From: Rhizaria sp. SCN 62-66
Taxonomy: Eukaryota
Direction: 5' to 3'
Assembly (NCBI GenBank): GCA_001724265.1
Contig: MEDY01000208.1
Span: forward strand, 62,001-109,353
Length of the DNA stretch: 47,353 bases
Below the pieces are notes generated by a model. That model made no database searches. It was given only the letters and a program-made list of their open reading frames with translations, and was not told where the DNA came from. Positions 21,401-31,832 of the stretch are shown here, piece by piece (the stretch's first letter is position 1; every line of letters begins with the position of its first letter). The position numbers and the translations under genes are program-made.

Positions 21401-24400
21401 AGACACCTCGCGACGCGCGCGACGCAGTTCTGCCTCGAGTCCGGGAACACGGCGGTCTTCAGCATCACGCACGCGCCGCTGCAGCTCCGCCACGCCGGCC
21501 GCACCGGCCTGACTCTGGGCAGCCACAACCTCAGCAGCAGAACGCACAGCGCGCTCAGCCTCGGCTCGTGCTGCAGTGGCCTCAGCGCGCATCGATGTGG
21601 CCGTGGTCTCAGCAGCTGCGGCAGCGGCCTTAGCAGCGGTGAGCTCAGCACGCAGCGCGCGTTCGACTTGGACACGTTCATGCGCCTCATTGCGCGCGAT
21701 CTCGGCTGCTGCAGCAGCTTCACGGGTGCGACGCGCTTCGGCGGCCTCAGCTGCACGTTCCGCAGATGCAGCGCGCTGATTGGCGGCCGCAAGTTGCGAC
21801 TCAGCCCTGTCACGCAAGTCAGTCATGCGAGTGCACTCGGCACGAGCACGACTCGCATCGCTCTTACCGCCGTCAGCAGCGCGTTCAGCAATATCGGCGT
21901 CAGAGCGCGCAGTAGCTGCGCGGGACTCGGCGTCCTCAGCACGTGCGCGCATTGCAGCGAGCTCATCGCGCAGGGGCCGCATCGTCGCGAGCGCGGCGTC
22001 AACTCGCTCAGCGTTTGCGGCCGCAGCTGCGATGGCGTCACCAAGCTTTGTGCGAACAGAAGCCGCGTCCTTGCCCGCAGCGCGCGCAGCGTCCTCAGCA
22101 GCAACCCTGCGAGCGCGCTCACTCCGCAGCGCCTCCTCAAGCGCAGTGAGCTTGGCTGAGATCTCGCGGACCGAGCCCTCGACGACAGCGCGGGCTGCGG
22201 CCTGCGACTGCTCCCAGAGAGCCTTCTCTTCGACAGCAGTGCGCGCGGCAACGGCCAGCGCAACGTCAGCCTCGGCCACACGTGCCTGCATCTTGGCGGC
22301 AATCGCTTCCGCCTCACGCGCGCGCCTCGCCCACTCGCCACGCTCTGCGGCCACAGCGACAGTTTGCGCCGTAGCAGCCTCCTCCCGAGCCCGTGTCTCA
22401 GCAACAGCGCGCTCAGCTGCGGCAGTCTTCGCAGCAGCAGCCAGACGCCGCGCCTCCTCAACAGCCGCGGTCGTCTCTGTGCGCGCGCGAGTCATAGCTT
22501 CGGCGTGGGCGGCTCGGGCCTTGTCCAACGCTTCCTCTCCGGCGACACGCGCTGCAGCCACTGCGGTGGCAATGCGAGACTCCGTTTCAGTCTCAGCCTT
22601 CCGCAAAACGCGCTCCAACGCGGCCTTAGCACGGCCGCGCTCAGCAGCAATAGCTTCATCAACCTTGCGCGCTCCAGCCGCTTCAGCAGCGGAGACACGG
22701 GCTTCGCTGTCACGCGCGGCGTCTTCCTTAGCACGTGTCACTGCGAGACGCAGCGCCTCGGCGCGGCCCTCGGCAAAGCGCGCGCGCGACTCGGCCTCGG
22801 CGGCTGCGGTGCGCGCGTCCGCCACAAGCAAATCCGCGGCAGCACGCGCACTCTCGGACGCACTGGCGCGCGCGTCGCTTAAGAGGGACTCAAGCGCTGC
22901 CGCGCGCTGCGCAGACTGAGCGCGGGCCTCGCTCAGAGCAGTCCGCAGCGCACCCGCTTCGGCCTCGAGCTCGTGAACGCGGTCTTCAGCCCTGACCGTA
23001 GCGGAAGTAGCGAGCTCAAGCTCGGCACGAGCGGCGGCAGCGGTCTCTGCAGCGCGCTGCGCGCGGGCCTCACTGGCAGCGCGCGCCTCAGTTGCAGCGG
23101 CTTCAGCATGGGCCAAGCGCGCATCAGCATCCTCGCGAGCAGCAGTAAGTGCGCGGACGTGAGCCTCATTCGCTTCACGCGCAGCGGCAGTCGTCTCGGC
23201 GAGAATAAGTTCGTGCGCTGCCGCAGCTTCTGTAGCGGCGGCATCTGCGGACGCGCGCACCTCTGCACTTCGCGAAGCCTCTGCAGCAATTTGACTCACT
23301 GCATCAGCAGCAGCAAGGGCAGCGGCTTCCTTCTCTGCAGCAAGCTCCTTTGCATGTGCCACCAAGGCGTTCGCAGCGGCAGTGCGGAGGGCCTCAATCT
23401 CGATCGCGTGAGCCTCAAGCTCGGTCGCACACTTTGCCGCTACATCAGTAGCAGTACTCCGTGCGAGCGCGAGTTCGGCCTCAAGCTCAGAGACACGGGC
23501 TTGAGCCTCGGCCAGAGCCGCCGTCGCCTTTGACTCTGCGTCGGAGTTAAGCTTCGTCGAATTGATAACAGCTTCATCAGCATTGCGAGTACACTCATCA
23601 AGTTGTTCATTGAGTTGCGCAATTTCTGCAGCTGCCTCAGCAGCCGCAGTCTTAGCGGCTTCCTCGGCCGCGCGCAGCACCTCCTTGTGACGCTGCTTCT
23701 CCTCGAGAATCGCAGCACGAGCTTCCTCAACAGCAGCGTCAAGTTCGCTATGCAGCGTCGCCAGTAAAGCCTCACTACGAGCGCGCTCAGCAGAAACTTG
23801 TTCGTGAGCACGCTTCTCAGCAGCAGCAATCGCAGTGGACAACTGCTCGGTACCAGAGGCCTTCTCAGCTGCTAAAGCAGCATCATGTGCCTTCTTCGCG
23901 GCGAAGAGTGCCTCATCATGTGCAGCAGTCATCGACGCGATTTCAGCGTCGTGCTGATCAGCCGCGTCTGTCAATGCAGCCTCTGCAGCCTGAACGCGTG
24001 CGGCACACTCGCGCTCCATCTCAGACAAAGCAGCGGTGTGTGCGGCGTCCGCTATGGATACTGCGTCACGCACCATCGCCACAGCCTGCGTGCGCATCTC
24101 AGCCTCCTTAGCAGTGACCTGCTGTTGCGCCTGTGTAAGCGCAGTCTGGGCCTCGTCGCAATGACGAGCGCACTCTGCCTGCATCTGCGCAATCTTCTCA
24201 GCAAGTTCAGCGGCAGCAGCAGAGGCCGCCCGCGCAAGCTCTCGGTGCAGCCGCGCCTGCCACAGGGCCTCACTCTCTGCAGCTGCGCGGCTCGCAGTCT
24301 CATGTGCGGCAGCGAGCTCCGCCTGGAGCGCCACGACCGCAACGCCGGCGTCACCCGCCGCCGCAGCGGCTGCAGCACGCGAAGACTCCCAGACCTTCTC

Positions 24401-27400
24401 CTTGGCGGCCGCGGCGTCCAGCGTGGCGGCAGTCTCCGCGGCGCGCACAGCTGCGGTGGTCCGTTCAACCTCCCAAAGTCCGCGAGCTTGTGCTAGCGCA
24501 GTCTCGGCCGCGGCGGCGCGCTCGGTGGCCGCTGCGGCAGACTCGGCGTGACGACGCGCCTCGGCGGCTTGCGACGCCAGCTGCTGCTGAAGAACTTCGA
24601 CGTGCGTCAAGGCTGCGGTAGCTCTCTCCTCTGCAGCGGCGCGCGCAGACGCAAGCCGCGATTGCCCGCCAGTCTCTGCCGCGGCCCGCGCGCGCTCCGT
24701 GGCGGCGAGCTCATCTTGCAGCCGCGCGACCGCCGTCTCAAGCGCCGCACGTGACCGCGCGGCTGCGGCAGCCTCTGCAGCGAGCCCGCGTTCGCGCACC
24801 GCGGCGGCGGTCGCGGCAGCTTCCTCACGCGCGCGCAGGTGGCCCAGCGCAGCGATAACGGCAGTGTCGTGGGAGCGGAACAGCGAGGCCGCGGCTGCCG
24901 CGTCGGCGCGGACTAGAGCGCGCGCGCCCTCCCACTCGCCGCGCAGCGCCACGACGGCGGCGCGCAGTGCGACGATGCCAGAGCGCAAGTTGTTCGCCCG
25001 GTTGGTGGCCGTCGCGGCAGCACGCTCTGCGGTCTCAGCACGCGCGCGCTCACGAGCGCTAGCTGCAATAGCAAGATCCCTATCTGCGAGCGCAGCATCA
25101 ACGGCAGCGGCACCTTCAGTCTTGCACCGGGCGAGGTCTGCGGCTGAGTTCGCGGCCAAAGCCTCCGCGTGTTGCAAGAACTCGCGACTCAGCGTGTCGA
25201 CAGCGGCCTCGTGCTCGCCTGACACGCGCGCCACAGCGGCGGTGGCCTCACGCACCGCGGTGGCACGGTCAGTCGCGGCGGCGGCCTCGCCAGCGCGCGC
25301 TGCATCAGCACCAGCAGCAGCCTCACGCAATGCTGTTTGTGCTGCGGACAGAGCGGTCTCTAGATCATGCACCTGCGCCTCAGCAGCCGCAGCGGAGGCA
25401 GCGGCGGCTTCGGCGGCATCTGCTGTCACATGCAGCTCGTCGTGCGCTCTATGCAGCTGGCTCTCAAGCTCATTACAGCGCGCCTCTGCAGCATGTAAGC
25501 GAGCGTCAGTTTCGGTTAGAGACTGTTCCGCAGTCTCGGCACGCAGCAGTGTCGCCTTAGCGGCGGACTCTGCCGCCTCCGCACGAGCCGCGGCCTTGTT
25601 GGCGTCCGCAGTCGTGCGCTCGCCCTGCTCTGTCGCAGCGTCAAGCGCAGCTTGTGCCTGAGCCAGAGCAGCGAGCAGCGACTCCGCTTCAGCTAGAGCC
25701 GCCGCAGCGTCAGCCCGCGTCGAGACGGTTTCAGCACGCGCAGCCTCTGCATCACTCTGCGCAGTGTCGGCTTCGGCGCGCGCTCTAGCGGCCTCGGTGA
25801 GCGCAGTGCTAAGCGCGTTTGCAGCCTCTTTCAACGCTGTCTCATACTCGGTCACCTCGTCGTCGCGCATACTAGTAGAGTCTGGGCGCGTCGTCTCGAG
25901 TTGACTGCGCAACGCCGCGACCTGGGTCCTGAGCGCATTGCAATCAGCCACATCGGCATCACGGCAGCGGCAGTCATTAGCAGCGGCCTCCGCAGCAAGC
26001 AGAGCTGCACGGACTTGAGCCAGTTCAGCCTCACTCTTTGCAGCAGCGGCCTCGGCCTCGGCCACACGTGTGTCGGCCATCACGACTCTACGGCGCACAG
26101 AGGCGGTATCGCTGCGCATCGAGTCGTCCCCGTCGGGCTCCGAGCACTGTGGCGTGGGCGGAATGATCGTGACAACCACAGGCGCTGACGACGGCCCGGC
26201 CGAGTCAGTGCTGTCAGGGCGCGCAAGCGCGGCAATCTGCGCGCGCGACTGCGAGCGCGATCGGGCGGGCAGCATAAACCCGCCCGTGGCCTCGGCAGCA
26301 CTCGCGGCGGCCATCATAGCCATCTTGAGCTGCTGCTCGCGGACCTTGGTGGCCTCCAGCTCGGCGCCCAGCGCGCGCGCCCACGCCTCCGCGGACTCGG
26401 CGCGCGACACCGCGGCAGACGTGCGGTCTTCAGAGATAGAAGCGTTGGTATCGTGGTCGTGGCGGTGTTTGGCGGCACTCTCAGCCGCGTGCTGTTGTTG
26501 GTGGTTGAATTGTTGCTGTAAGATCTGTTGCATTTGTTGCTGTTGCAGCTGCATTCGTTGCTGGAACTGTTGCTGCTGCGTATTGAAGGCGTAGCGCATT
26601 TCGGTGTTCTCTTGCTCAAGAAGAGTAAGGCGGGTGCTCGCTGCGTCGCACTGTGCAGTTGCAGCCTGTGCGCGCTGTAGCGCTGCGGTAGCCGCAGCAC
26701 TGGCCTCGGCAGCAGCAGTCTCAGCATCTGCAGTCGACTGCAAAGCCGCAGCGTTTTCTTCCTTGCCTCGGGCCAGCATTGCCTCAGCCTCGGCGGCCCT
26801 ATCCTCGGCTTCATCAGCACGTGCAGTCGCCGCGGCCGCAGCAGCCTCAGCCTTGACCCGCGCCTCGTTAGCCGCGACTACGTTCCCGCGCGTGCGCGTG
26901 GCGTGTTCGTTAGCAACCTCCAACATGCGGCCACACTCGGCCGTCGTCGCCTCCATCTTGTCCTGCGCAGCACGAGCAACGGCCTCTGCAGCATCAGCAC
27001 GGGCGCGCTGTGCCGCTTCAGCCGCGGACGCAGCAGCAGCGCTGCGCTCGGCCGCTGCGAGACGCGTCTCAGCTTCGGCAGCGGTAGCCTCTGCGCGTCG
27101 CTCCGCGACTGTGACGCGGGCGAGTGCTTCGTGAACAAGCCGGTCCGCCTCCGCAGCACTTGCATGCGCGCTAGCAGCACTCAAGTCGGCATCGGCCACG
27201 CGACGCTCAGCGTCTACAAGCACAGTCGCCACACGTTGCTCCGCAGCGGCTGCGCGCGCTTCACTCTCAACCACACGACTGTGCAGCTCCGCAAGTTTTG
27301 ACTCAGACGTCTTTAACACTTCGTCACGAGCACGAAGATCAGACTCAAGAGACTCCACCTGGGACTTAACGCACGCGGCATCGGCTGCAGATGCATTCGC

Positions 27401-28174
27401 CTTGGCCTCGAACTCAGCAGCGCGAGCGAGAGCAGCTTCTGCCTTGATCTCATTCGCCGCCGCAGCAGCAATGGTCGAGCTCGCAACCTCGTCAGCAGCG
27501 CGCGTGGCGCTCTCCGCAGCGGCCGCGCGCGCTTCCGCGTCCGCGGCGCTCGCGATAGCAGCAGCGGCAGTGGCTTCTGCGTCGGCGACGCGAACCTCCG
27601 CAGCAACCGACGCTGCCTTGGCATCGGACACCGCGACCTCAGCGTCGGCCGCAACAGCCTCGGCCTCCGCAGCGCGATCCTCGGCATGACTAGCGCGTGA
27701 GCTCGCCGCCTTAGCACGTGCGTCGCTGGTATTGGCACGGATCTCCGCAGCAGTTGCAGCTGCGTGTGCCGTGGCTGCGTCAGCTTCGGCTGCGACGGCG
27801 CGTGTCTCAGCCGCGTCGGCCCGAGCCTCTGCGTCACTCAACAGGGCCTCCGTGGACGACAGACGCGTGGAGAGCTCGCTCAGCGCACGCGACTGCAAAG
27901 TGACGGTCAGCTCAAACTGCTCCAGCTCGCGCTCACGCTCACGGTCGCGACTGTGAGTCTTGATGCTGCCCTGACCGTTAGTTGGTGCGTGCTCAGAGTC
28001 TGACTCGGCGTCAATGGAGATGTCCGCATCTGTGGCAGCGCCGGCGCTCGTGTTCATGGCAGTGGAGTCAGCGCTGTCATCAAGTATGTGCTTCGCAGTG
28101 ATATTGGCGTGGGTGTTGCCAAGCATAGAGCGCTGTAAAGCATTGAATGGCAATGCCGTCGTAAAGAACGATTC
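18494..28174 (-). CDS. Giant Ala/Glu/Arg-rich coiled-coil coding segment (~3226 aa); a separate gene or the terminal exon of the upstream coiled-coil gene
   Basis: Uninterrupted 9.7-kb frame ending in TAA. It is preceded by a CTAAC branch-like motif, a pyrimidine tract and TAG (28177-28175), and reads ESFFTTALPFN... from 28174. The first in-frame ATG is at 28126. Confidence 0.8.
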   Translation of the reverse strand, partial: ESFFTTALPFNALQRSMLGNTHANITAKHILDDSADSTAMNTSAGAATDADISIDAESDSEHAPTNGQGSIKTHSRDRERERELEQFELTVTLQSRALSELSTRLSSTEALLSDAEARADAAETRAVAAEADAATAHAAATAAEIRANTSDARAKAASSRASHAEDRAAEAEAVAADAEVAVSDAKAASVAAEVRVADAEATAAAAIASAADAEARAAAAESATRAADEVASSTIAAAAANEIKAEAALARAAEFEAKANASAADAACVKSQVESLESDLRARDEVLKTSESKLAELHSRVVESEARAAAAEQRVATVLVDAERRVADADLSAASAHASAAEADRLVHEALARVTVAERRAEATAAEAETRLAAAERSAAAASAAEAAQRARADAAEAVARAAQDKMEATTAECGRMLEVANEHATRTRGNVVAANEARVKAEAAAAAATARADEAEDRAAEAEAMLARGKEENAAALQSTADAETAAAEASAAATAALQRAQAATAQCDAASTRLTLLEQENTEMRYAFNTQQQQFQQRMQLQQQQMQQILQQQFNHQQQHAAESAAKHRHDHDTNASISEDRTSAAVSRAESAEAWARALGAELEATKVREQQLKMAMMAAASAAEATGGFMLPARSRSQSRAQIAALARPDSTDSAGPSSAPVVVTIIPPTPQCSEPDGDDSMRSDTASVRRRVVMADTRVAEAEAAAAKSEAELAQVRAALLAAEAAANDCRCRDADVADCNALRTQVAALRSQLETTRPDSTSMRDDEVTEYETALKEAANALSTALTEAARARAEADTAQSDAEAARAETVSTRADAAAALAEAESLLAALAQAQAALDAATEQGERTTADANKAAARAEAAESAAKATLLRAETAEQSLTETDARLHAAEARCNELESQLHRAHDELHVTADAAEAAAASAAAAEAQVHDLETALSAAQTALREAAAGADAARAGEAAAATDRATAVREATAAVARVSGEHEAAVDTLSREFLQHAEALAANSAADLARCKTEGAAAVDAALADRDLAIAASARERARAETAERAAATATNRANNLRSGIVALRAAVVALRGEWEGARALVRADAAAAASLFRSHDTAVIAALGHLRAREEAAATAAAVRERGLAAEAAAAARSRAALETAVARLQDELAATERARAAAETGGQSRLASARAAAEERATAALTHVEVLQQQLASQAAEARRHAESAAAATERAAAAETALAQARGLWEVERTTAAVRAAETAATLDAAAAKEKVWESSRAAAAAAAGDAGVAVVALQAELAAAHETASRAAAESEALWQARLHRELARAASAAAAELAEKIAQMQAECARHCDEAQTALTQAQQQVTAKEAEMRTQAVAMVRDAVSIADAAHTAALSEMERECAARVQAAEAALTDAADQHDAEIASMTAAHDEALFAAKKAHDAALAAEKASGTEQLSTAIAAAEKRAHEQVSAERARSEALLATLHSELDAAVEEARAAILEEKQRHKEVLRAAEEAAKTAAAEAAAEIAQLNEQLDECTRNADEAVINSTKLNSDAESKATAALAEAQARVSELEAELALARSTATDVAAKCATELEAHAIEIEALRTAAANALVAHAKELAAEKEAAALAAADAVSQIAAEASRSAEVRASADAAATEAAAAHELILAETTAAAREANEAHVRALTAAREDADARLAHAEAAATEARAASEARAQRAAETAAAARAELELATSATVRAEDRVHELEAEAGALRTALSEARAQSAQRAAALESLLSDARASASESARAAADLLVADARTAAAEAESRARFAEGRAEALRLAVTRAKEDAARDSEARVSAAEAAGARKVDEAIAAERGRAKAALERVLRKAETETESRIATAVAAARVAGEEALDKARAAHAEAMTRARTETTAAVEEARRLAAAAKTAAAERAVAETRAREEAATAQTVAVAAERGEWARRAREAEAIAAKMQARVAEADVALAVAARTAVEEKALWEQSQAAARAVVEGSVREISAKLTALEEALRSERARRVAAEDAARAAGKDAASVRTKLGDAIAAAAANAERVDAALATMRPLRDELAAMRARAEDAESRAATARSDADIAERAADGGKSDASRARAECTRMTDLRDRAESQLAAANQRAASAERAAEAAEARRTREAAAAAEIARNEAHERVQVERALRAELTAAKAAAAAAETTATSMRAEATAARAEAERAVRSAAEVVAAQSQAGAAGVAELQRRVRDAEDRRVPGLEAELRRARREVSAVADARATAEGDAAAARAKLAAAGDADARAADAQTRALAAEAAARRADSDKNEAVRAASDARERLNAAQAAAAKASDESAAAQREVAAAKTIAETSVRDMQSLATANEELRARLSVTEDNVVAERARTAQANAATVAAEAKVRAVEADAERDAVAARADSAAALAAVRTEADAANARADAAEARAASAENRVAAADARTQTALERVAEADREVRVAQAAAVEAERKARHAEAAQRRAVADLDVSMSAAADDTAAAAANAEHELQTARDAAAAAKRQTANARRDIAATKSEAAAARARCDELTAANTELEATVRRMASLPVSGNAGTADADSVGLAAAVEAARGDAAAQRAAMARTRRCRDEAVAALSALQARVTELEDELAAAESARNAAQTAADAARAEARRCRGAVEAGERARLDLSALFERTETEVRAAAGEETAAQQARAIEAERSAAAASRAAESARAAVTALQARVRALAESVGGALTRAAASTGLQASLLGVDVPAVVAAIIAAPVPTDATDAATEAAGRGVSDAGSPHWANLTLSPVRPPRGGNAGLAFSPQSATAPIAQFSSSATLAAGSFAWGVTELATAITTTAVRAAESARATAAASAVAKARDVLSTTLDAAQVQQNAATAAAAETVATVRAALAKAETELTSVRLAAAAERVNAARELKQERENATRALAQERKQFAAALREASSVASATATAAATAAAAREDELRSELAAVRAEAAELRNAAATAMNESTRAVKAAEAAELRARVATEASRTVVAGEHARRASTAASVAAADDAVSRARAASAQEINEARLRAQNAEATAARLKTELSEVSQRAALLQGALEAAEGAKRVAERKADDAAAAESVTRAALADADRKADRARVAAVAEAQSPQRRAQPPRAQFQSESPAVTAHHLHTTNTVVLERGFTAATLAERHRSALERSVNAALQREAELLSAQLDKVERGFGSPQKPNYY

Positions 28175-28383
28175 CTAGACGCAGAACAAGTAGCAAGGAA
28201 AACGACGTAAAACGAGCAATTCAGTTAGAGTCAAGTTGTGTTGTGTGTCAAAACGAGGGGGTGTTTATTCGGCTGGTGTGCCGGCACCCCCGCCGTAAGT
28301 TATTAAAAAGAAAACACATCACAAGAACGCTAAATATAGAACCGGTAGAAATAAACAATGTCGTGAAATTCACCACCAACGAA

Positions 28384-31300
28384 TCATTGATCGTGTTCAA
28401 ACGCGCTGGGTCCCAGCTGTGCGAGCGCTGCAGACGCTTCCACCCGCGACAGATCCGCCCTGCTCAACGCCGGTCCCAGCACTGCGCTCCCGACTCCCTG
28501 GTGATGCATCCCCTGCACAGCCCCGTTCATACCACGTACCTGGTGTTGCTGCTGCTGCTGTGGCTGCTGCGGGTGCTGCAGAGTGATGTTGGCGCTCCGT
28601 CCAGTCGCGCCCAACCCGCACGCGCCCCCGTTGGCCGCCGCCATCGACGCACCGTGTCCGACAGAGCCGCTGTTGTACAGCGCGCCCAGCGTCGCCTGAC
28701 TGGCGGCCAGTGCCGCGTCGCGGCGGCGCGCCTCGCGCTGCTCCTCCTCGGCCAGCCGCTCCGCGAGCGCGCGCGCCTTCTTCTTCGCCTTGTTCGCCGC
28801 CGCCGTAGCCTCCGCAGCGGCGTTCTCAGCCGCGGCGGCGCGCGCTCCAGCGGCGGCGGCCTCAGCGCGCGCGATCGCGGTCTCGGCCGCAGCCGCCGCA
28901 GCGGCCTCAGCGCGTGCGCCGGCGATCTCCTGCTGGCGCGCGGCGTCGAGCGCGGCGACAGTGGCACGCAGCGACACAACCTCGGCCTTGAGCGCGCCCT
29001 GTGCGGCCTCAGCCTCGGCGCGCGTGGCCGCGGACTCGGCCCGCGCGGTGGCAAGCGTCTCGCGCTCGCGGCGCGTCGCCTCGTCGAGCCGCCCCTCTAG
29101 CTCGGCCACCTGCGCGCGGAGCGTGTCGCCTTCGCCACCGTGCTCGCGCCGCAGCGCGGCGAGCTCTTTGCCCGCGCGGGCGGCCTCGCGGGACGCCTCG
29201 CGCTCCGTCTCGCCCGCGCGCTCGCGCCACTCGGCGGCCTCAGCGCGCAGCAGCGCCGCCTCGCGGTCCGCCTGCTCGCGCCACGCGGTCTGAGCGCGCT
29301 GAAACGCCGCCTCGGCGCGCTCCGTCTCGGCGCGGGCAGCGTCGCGCTCTTCGCGCGCGGTGTCGCGCTCACTGCGCGCGCGCGCAGCCTCCGCACGCAA
29401 CGCGCTGAGCGCCTCGTCTTGGCTCGCGCGCGCCACCGTAGCCGTGGCCTCAAGCGCGGCGCGCGCGGCCTGCTCGGCCTCGACCTGGGCGCCGAGCTCG
29501 GAGACGGCGCCGCGCAAGCCCTGCACCGTGCGCTGCAGCTTCGCGGCGGCCTCCTCGGCGGCAACGCGGCCCGCGCGCTCGCGGGCGCAGCGCTCGCGCT
29601 CGGCCTTGGCGTCGTCCTCGGCAAGCGCAACGCGGGAGTCGGCGCGCTTCGCAGCGGTCGCCGCCGCGCGCGCCGCCTCCTCGTTGGCCGCGCGCAACTC
29701 CTCGGCGTGCTCGGAACGCATGCGGGCCTCGCGCGCGCGCACAGCATCGGGAGCGAGCGAGTCGCGCTCTAGCTCGGCCGCTTTCTCCTGCACCTTGGCG
29801 CGCACGCGCACGTCCTCGGTGGCCTCAAGCGCGGCGACGCGCTCGTCGGCCTCGCGCCGCAGCTTCTCGGCCAGCGCTCGCAGCTCCACCTGGTGCTGTT
29901 GGCGCGCGCGCGCGAGCTCCTGCTCCTGCGCGAGCTCCGCCGCGGCGCCCGCGCTCTGCCGCGCCAGCGAGAGATCGCTCTCGCGCGCGCGGACCTCAAG
30001 CGCGAGCCGGCGCAACGCGCTGTCGCGGTCCGCCAGAGCGCGCTCAAGCTCGCCCTCACGCTCGGCCCAGGACTTAGCCTTACTCTCGAGCGCGGCGCGG
30101 CGCTCTTCCGCCGCGGCCCGGGCGGCGCGGGCCTCGGCGGCGTCCGCGGCGGCGCGGTCTCGGTCGGCGTGCGCGTCCTTGAGCTCGGTCACGCACTGTG
30201 CAAGCTTGCCCGCGAGCGTCGCGACGCGCTCCTTGGCTTCCTTGCGCTCGAGCTTGGCCGCGCGGCGTAAATCGTCGTAGCGCGCGGCCACGGCGGCAGC
30301 GGCATGTTGCGCCTCGGCCAGCGCGGCCGCGTGCTCGCGGTCGTCCGCGGCAACGAGTCCCTCGACTTTGTCACCCAAAAGCAGGTACTTGCGCTGCAGC
30401 TCAGCGCGCGCAGCCTCGGAGGCCTCGAGCTGCGCGCTGGCCCGAGTGAGCGCCGCGGCCGTGTCTTCCTGCACCCGCGCCAGCTCTACCAGGCGGCGCG
30501 AGAACTCGCCCTGCTCGGCCTGCAGCGCGGACCGCGCCGTGAGCGCATCGGCCTGCGCGTCGCTAACGGCGCGCTCGGCAGCCGCGAGGGACGCCGTGAG
30601 CGAGTCGACGCGCGCGCGCAGGGCCGCCGCGGGGGCTGAGCTCAAGTCGAGGCTGGCCAGCGCGGCGGCGGCGTCGGCCTCGGCGCGCGCGCGGGCCTGC
30701 TGCGCGGCGGCGGCGGCGGCGTTGGCGGCGGCGGCCTCGGCGCGGGCTGCGGTGAGCTCGTTCGCGTCGACCAGCGCAGTGCTATGGGGATGCGCGGCAG
30801 ACATGTTGAGCGCCGACATTCCACCCGCAGGGGCAGCGGTGGCGGAGACAAGCAGCGCGCGGTGGCGCGCGGCGTCGCTGTCAGCAATCGCCCGGGCGGC
30901 GCGGGAGCGTTCTTCGTCGACCGCGGCGACGGCTGACTCGGTAGCCGCGGCAACGTCTGCGCGCGCGCGGTCCTCGGTGGCGCGCAGACGCTCGCGCAGA
31001 GACGCAGCTTCGCGCGCGGCACGGTCAGCGGCGGCACGGGCGTCGGCGAGCGCGGCGGCGGCGTCGTCGGCGACGGTATGCATGTGCGCGGTCTCCTGCA
31101 GAGATAGGTTCAGCCGTGCAGCAAGGTCGGCGGCCTCGGCGCGCGCGGCGGCGAGGTCGCGCGTGAGAGCGTCGTCCCGCAGCGCAAGCGCGGCGTCGCG
31201 GGCCTGAACCTGCACGGCGTAGTCATGGAGCTCGGTCTGCACGCGGTCGGCGCGCGCGGTGGCGTCGGCGAGCGACTGCAGGGAGTGGGCGACGAAAGAC

Positions 31301-31832
31301 TCGCGCTCGAGGAAGAGAGCGCTGGTGAGGATCTCGTCGACGCGCTTCGTCACAAACGGCAGTGTCGAAGGGTCGACGGCGAGTGAGGACAGAACGCCGT
31401 CGGTCAGAGTCCGCTCAATGGTCTCCTTGATCACCTGTGGTGACAAATACCGATGCAAAAGACCGCAAAATGAAGGAAAACGGTTAGCATGAACGAGGGG
31501 TGACTGAGTGTGTGAGGGAAGAGAGAAGCAACACATGTCAAAACAGTGAGACGTACTGCAGATAAGTGGGAAAGGCGCTCTTCGTAGGCATCGTGAAGAG
31601 CCTTGTTGTGAACCTGACGCTCGCGCTCCATCGAGCGAATACGTTGGGCCATCTCGGGGCTCATCGACGGGCCCTGAACGAGAGAAGCCGAGATATCCGC
31701 CGCCGAACCAATGCCAGTGGCTAAAATAACAGTAAAACATAGAATTATGGAACGTGAGCTTTAGCAAAAATAAATGGTGTTGATCGAAGGTAAGACTGTG
31801 ATGTTGGGCGTACCTAATAGAGATGTCGACAT
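28384..31832 (-). CDS. Ala/Arg/Glu-rich coiled-coil protein, ~1077 aa, 3 exons
   Basis: Exons 31832-31814, 31720-31557 and 31434-28384; introns GTACGC...ttttag and GTACGT...gctaac...cacag. The phases match, giving MSTSLLATGIGS...LSHLSA|VIKETIERT. Ends in TGA; AATAAA lies at 28269-28264. Confidence 0.8.
31435..31556 (-). other. Spliceosomal intron (122 nt)
   Basis: GTACGT donor, GCTAAC branch-like motif, CAG acceptor, phase 0. Confidence 0.85.
31721..31813 (-). other. Spliceosomal intron (93 nt)
   Basis: GTACGC donor after a 19-nt ATG-containing exon; ttttag acceptor; phase 1. Confidence 0.75.

Noticed and set aside
28175-28177. In-frame TAG just upstream of the giant coiled-coil ORF
   Set aside because: Better explained as a 3' splice acceptor (branch motif + pyrimidine tract).
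31433-31767. N-terminus MLKLTFHNS... of ORF 28384..31767
   Set aside because: It runs through intronic sequence and the wrong frame of exon 2; the spliced model starting at ATG 31832 is phase-consistent.
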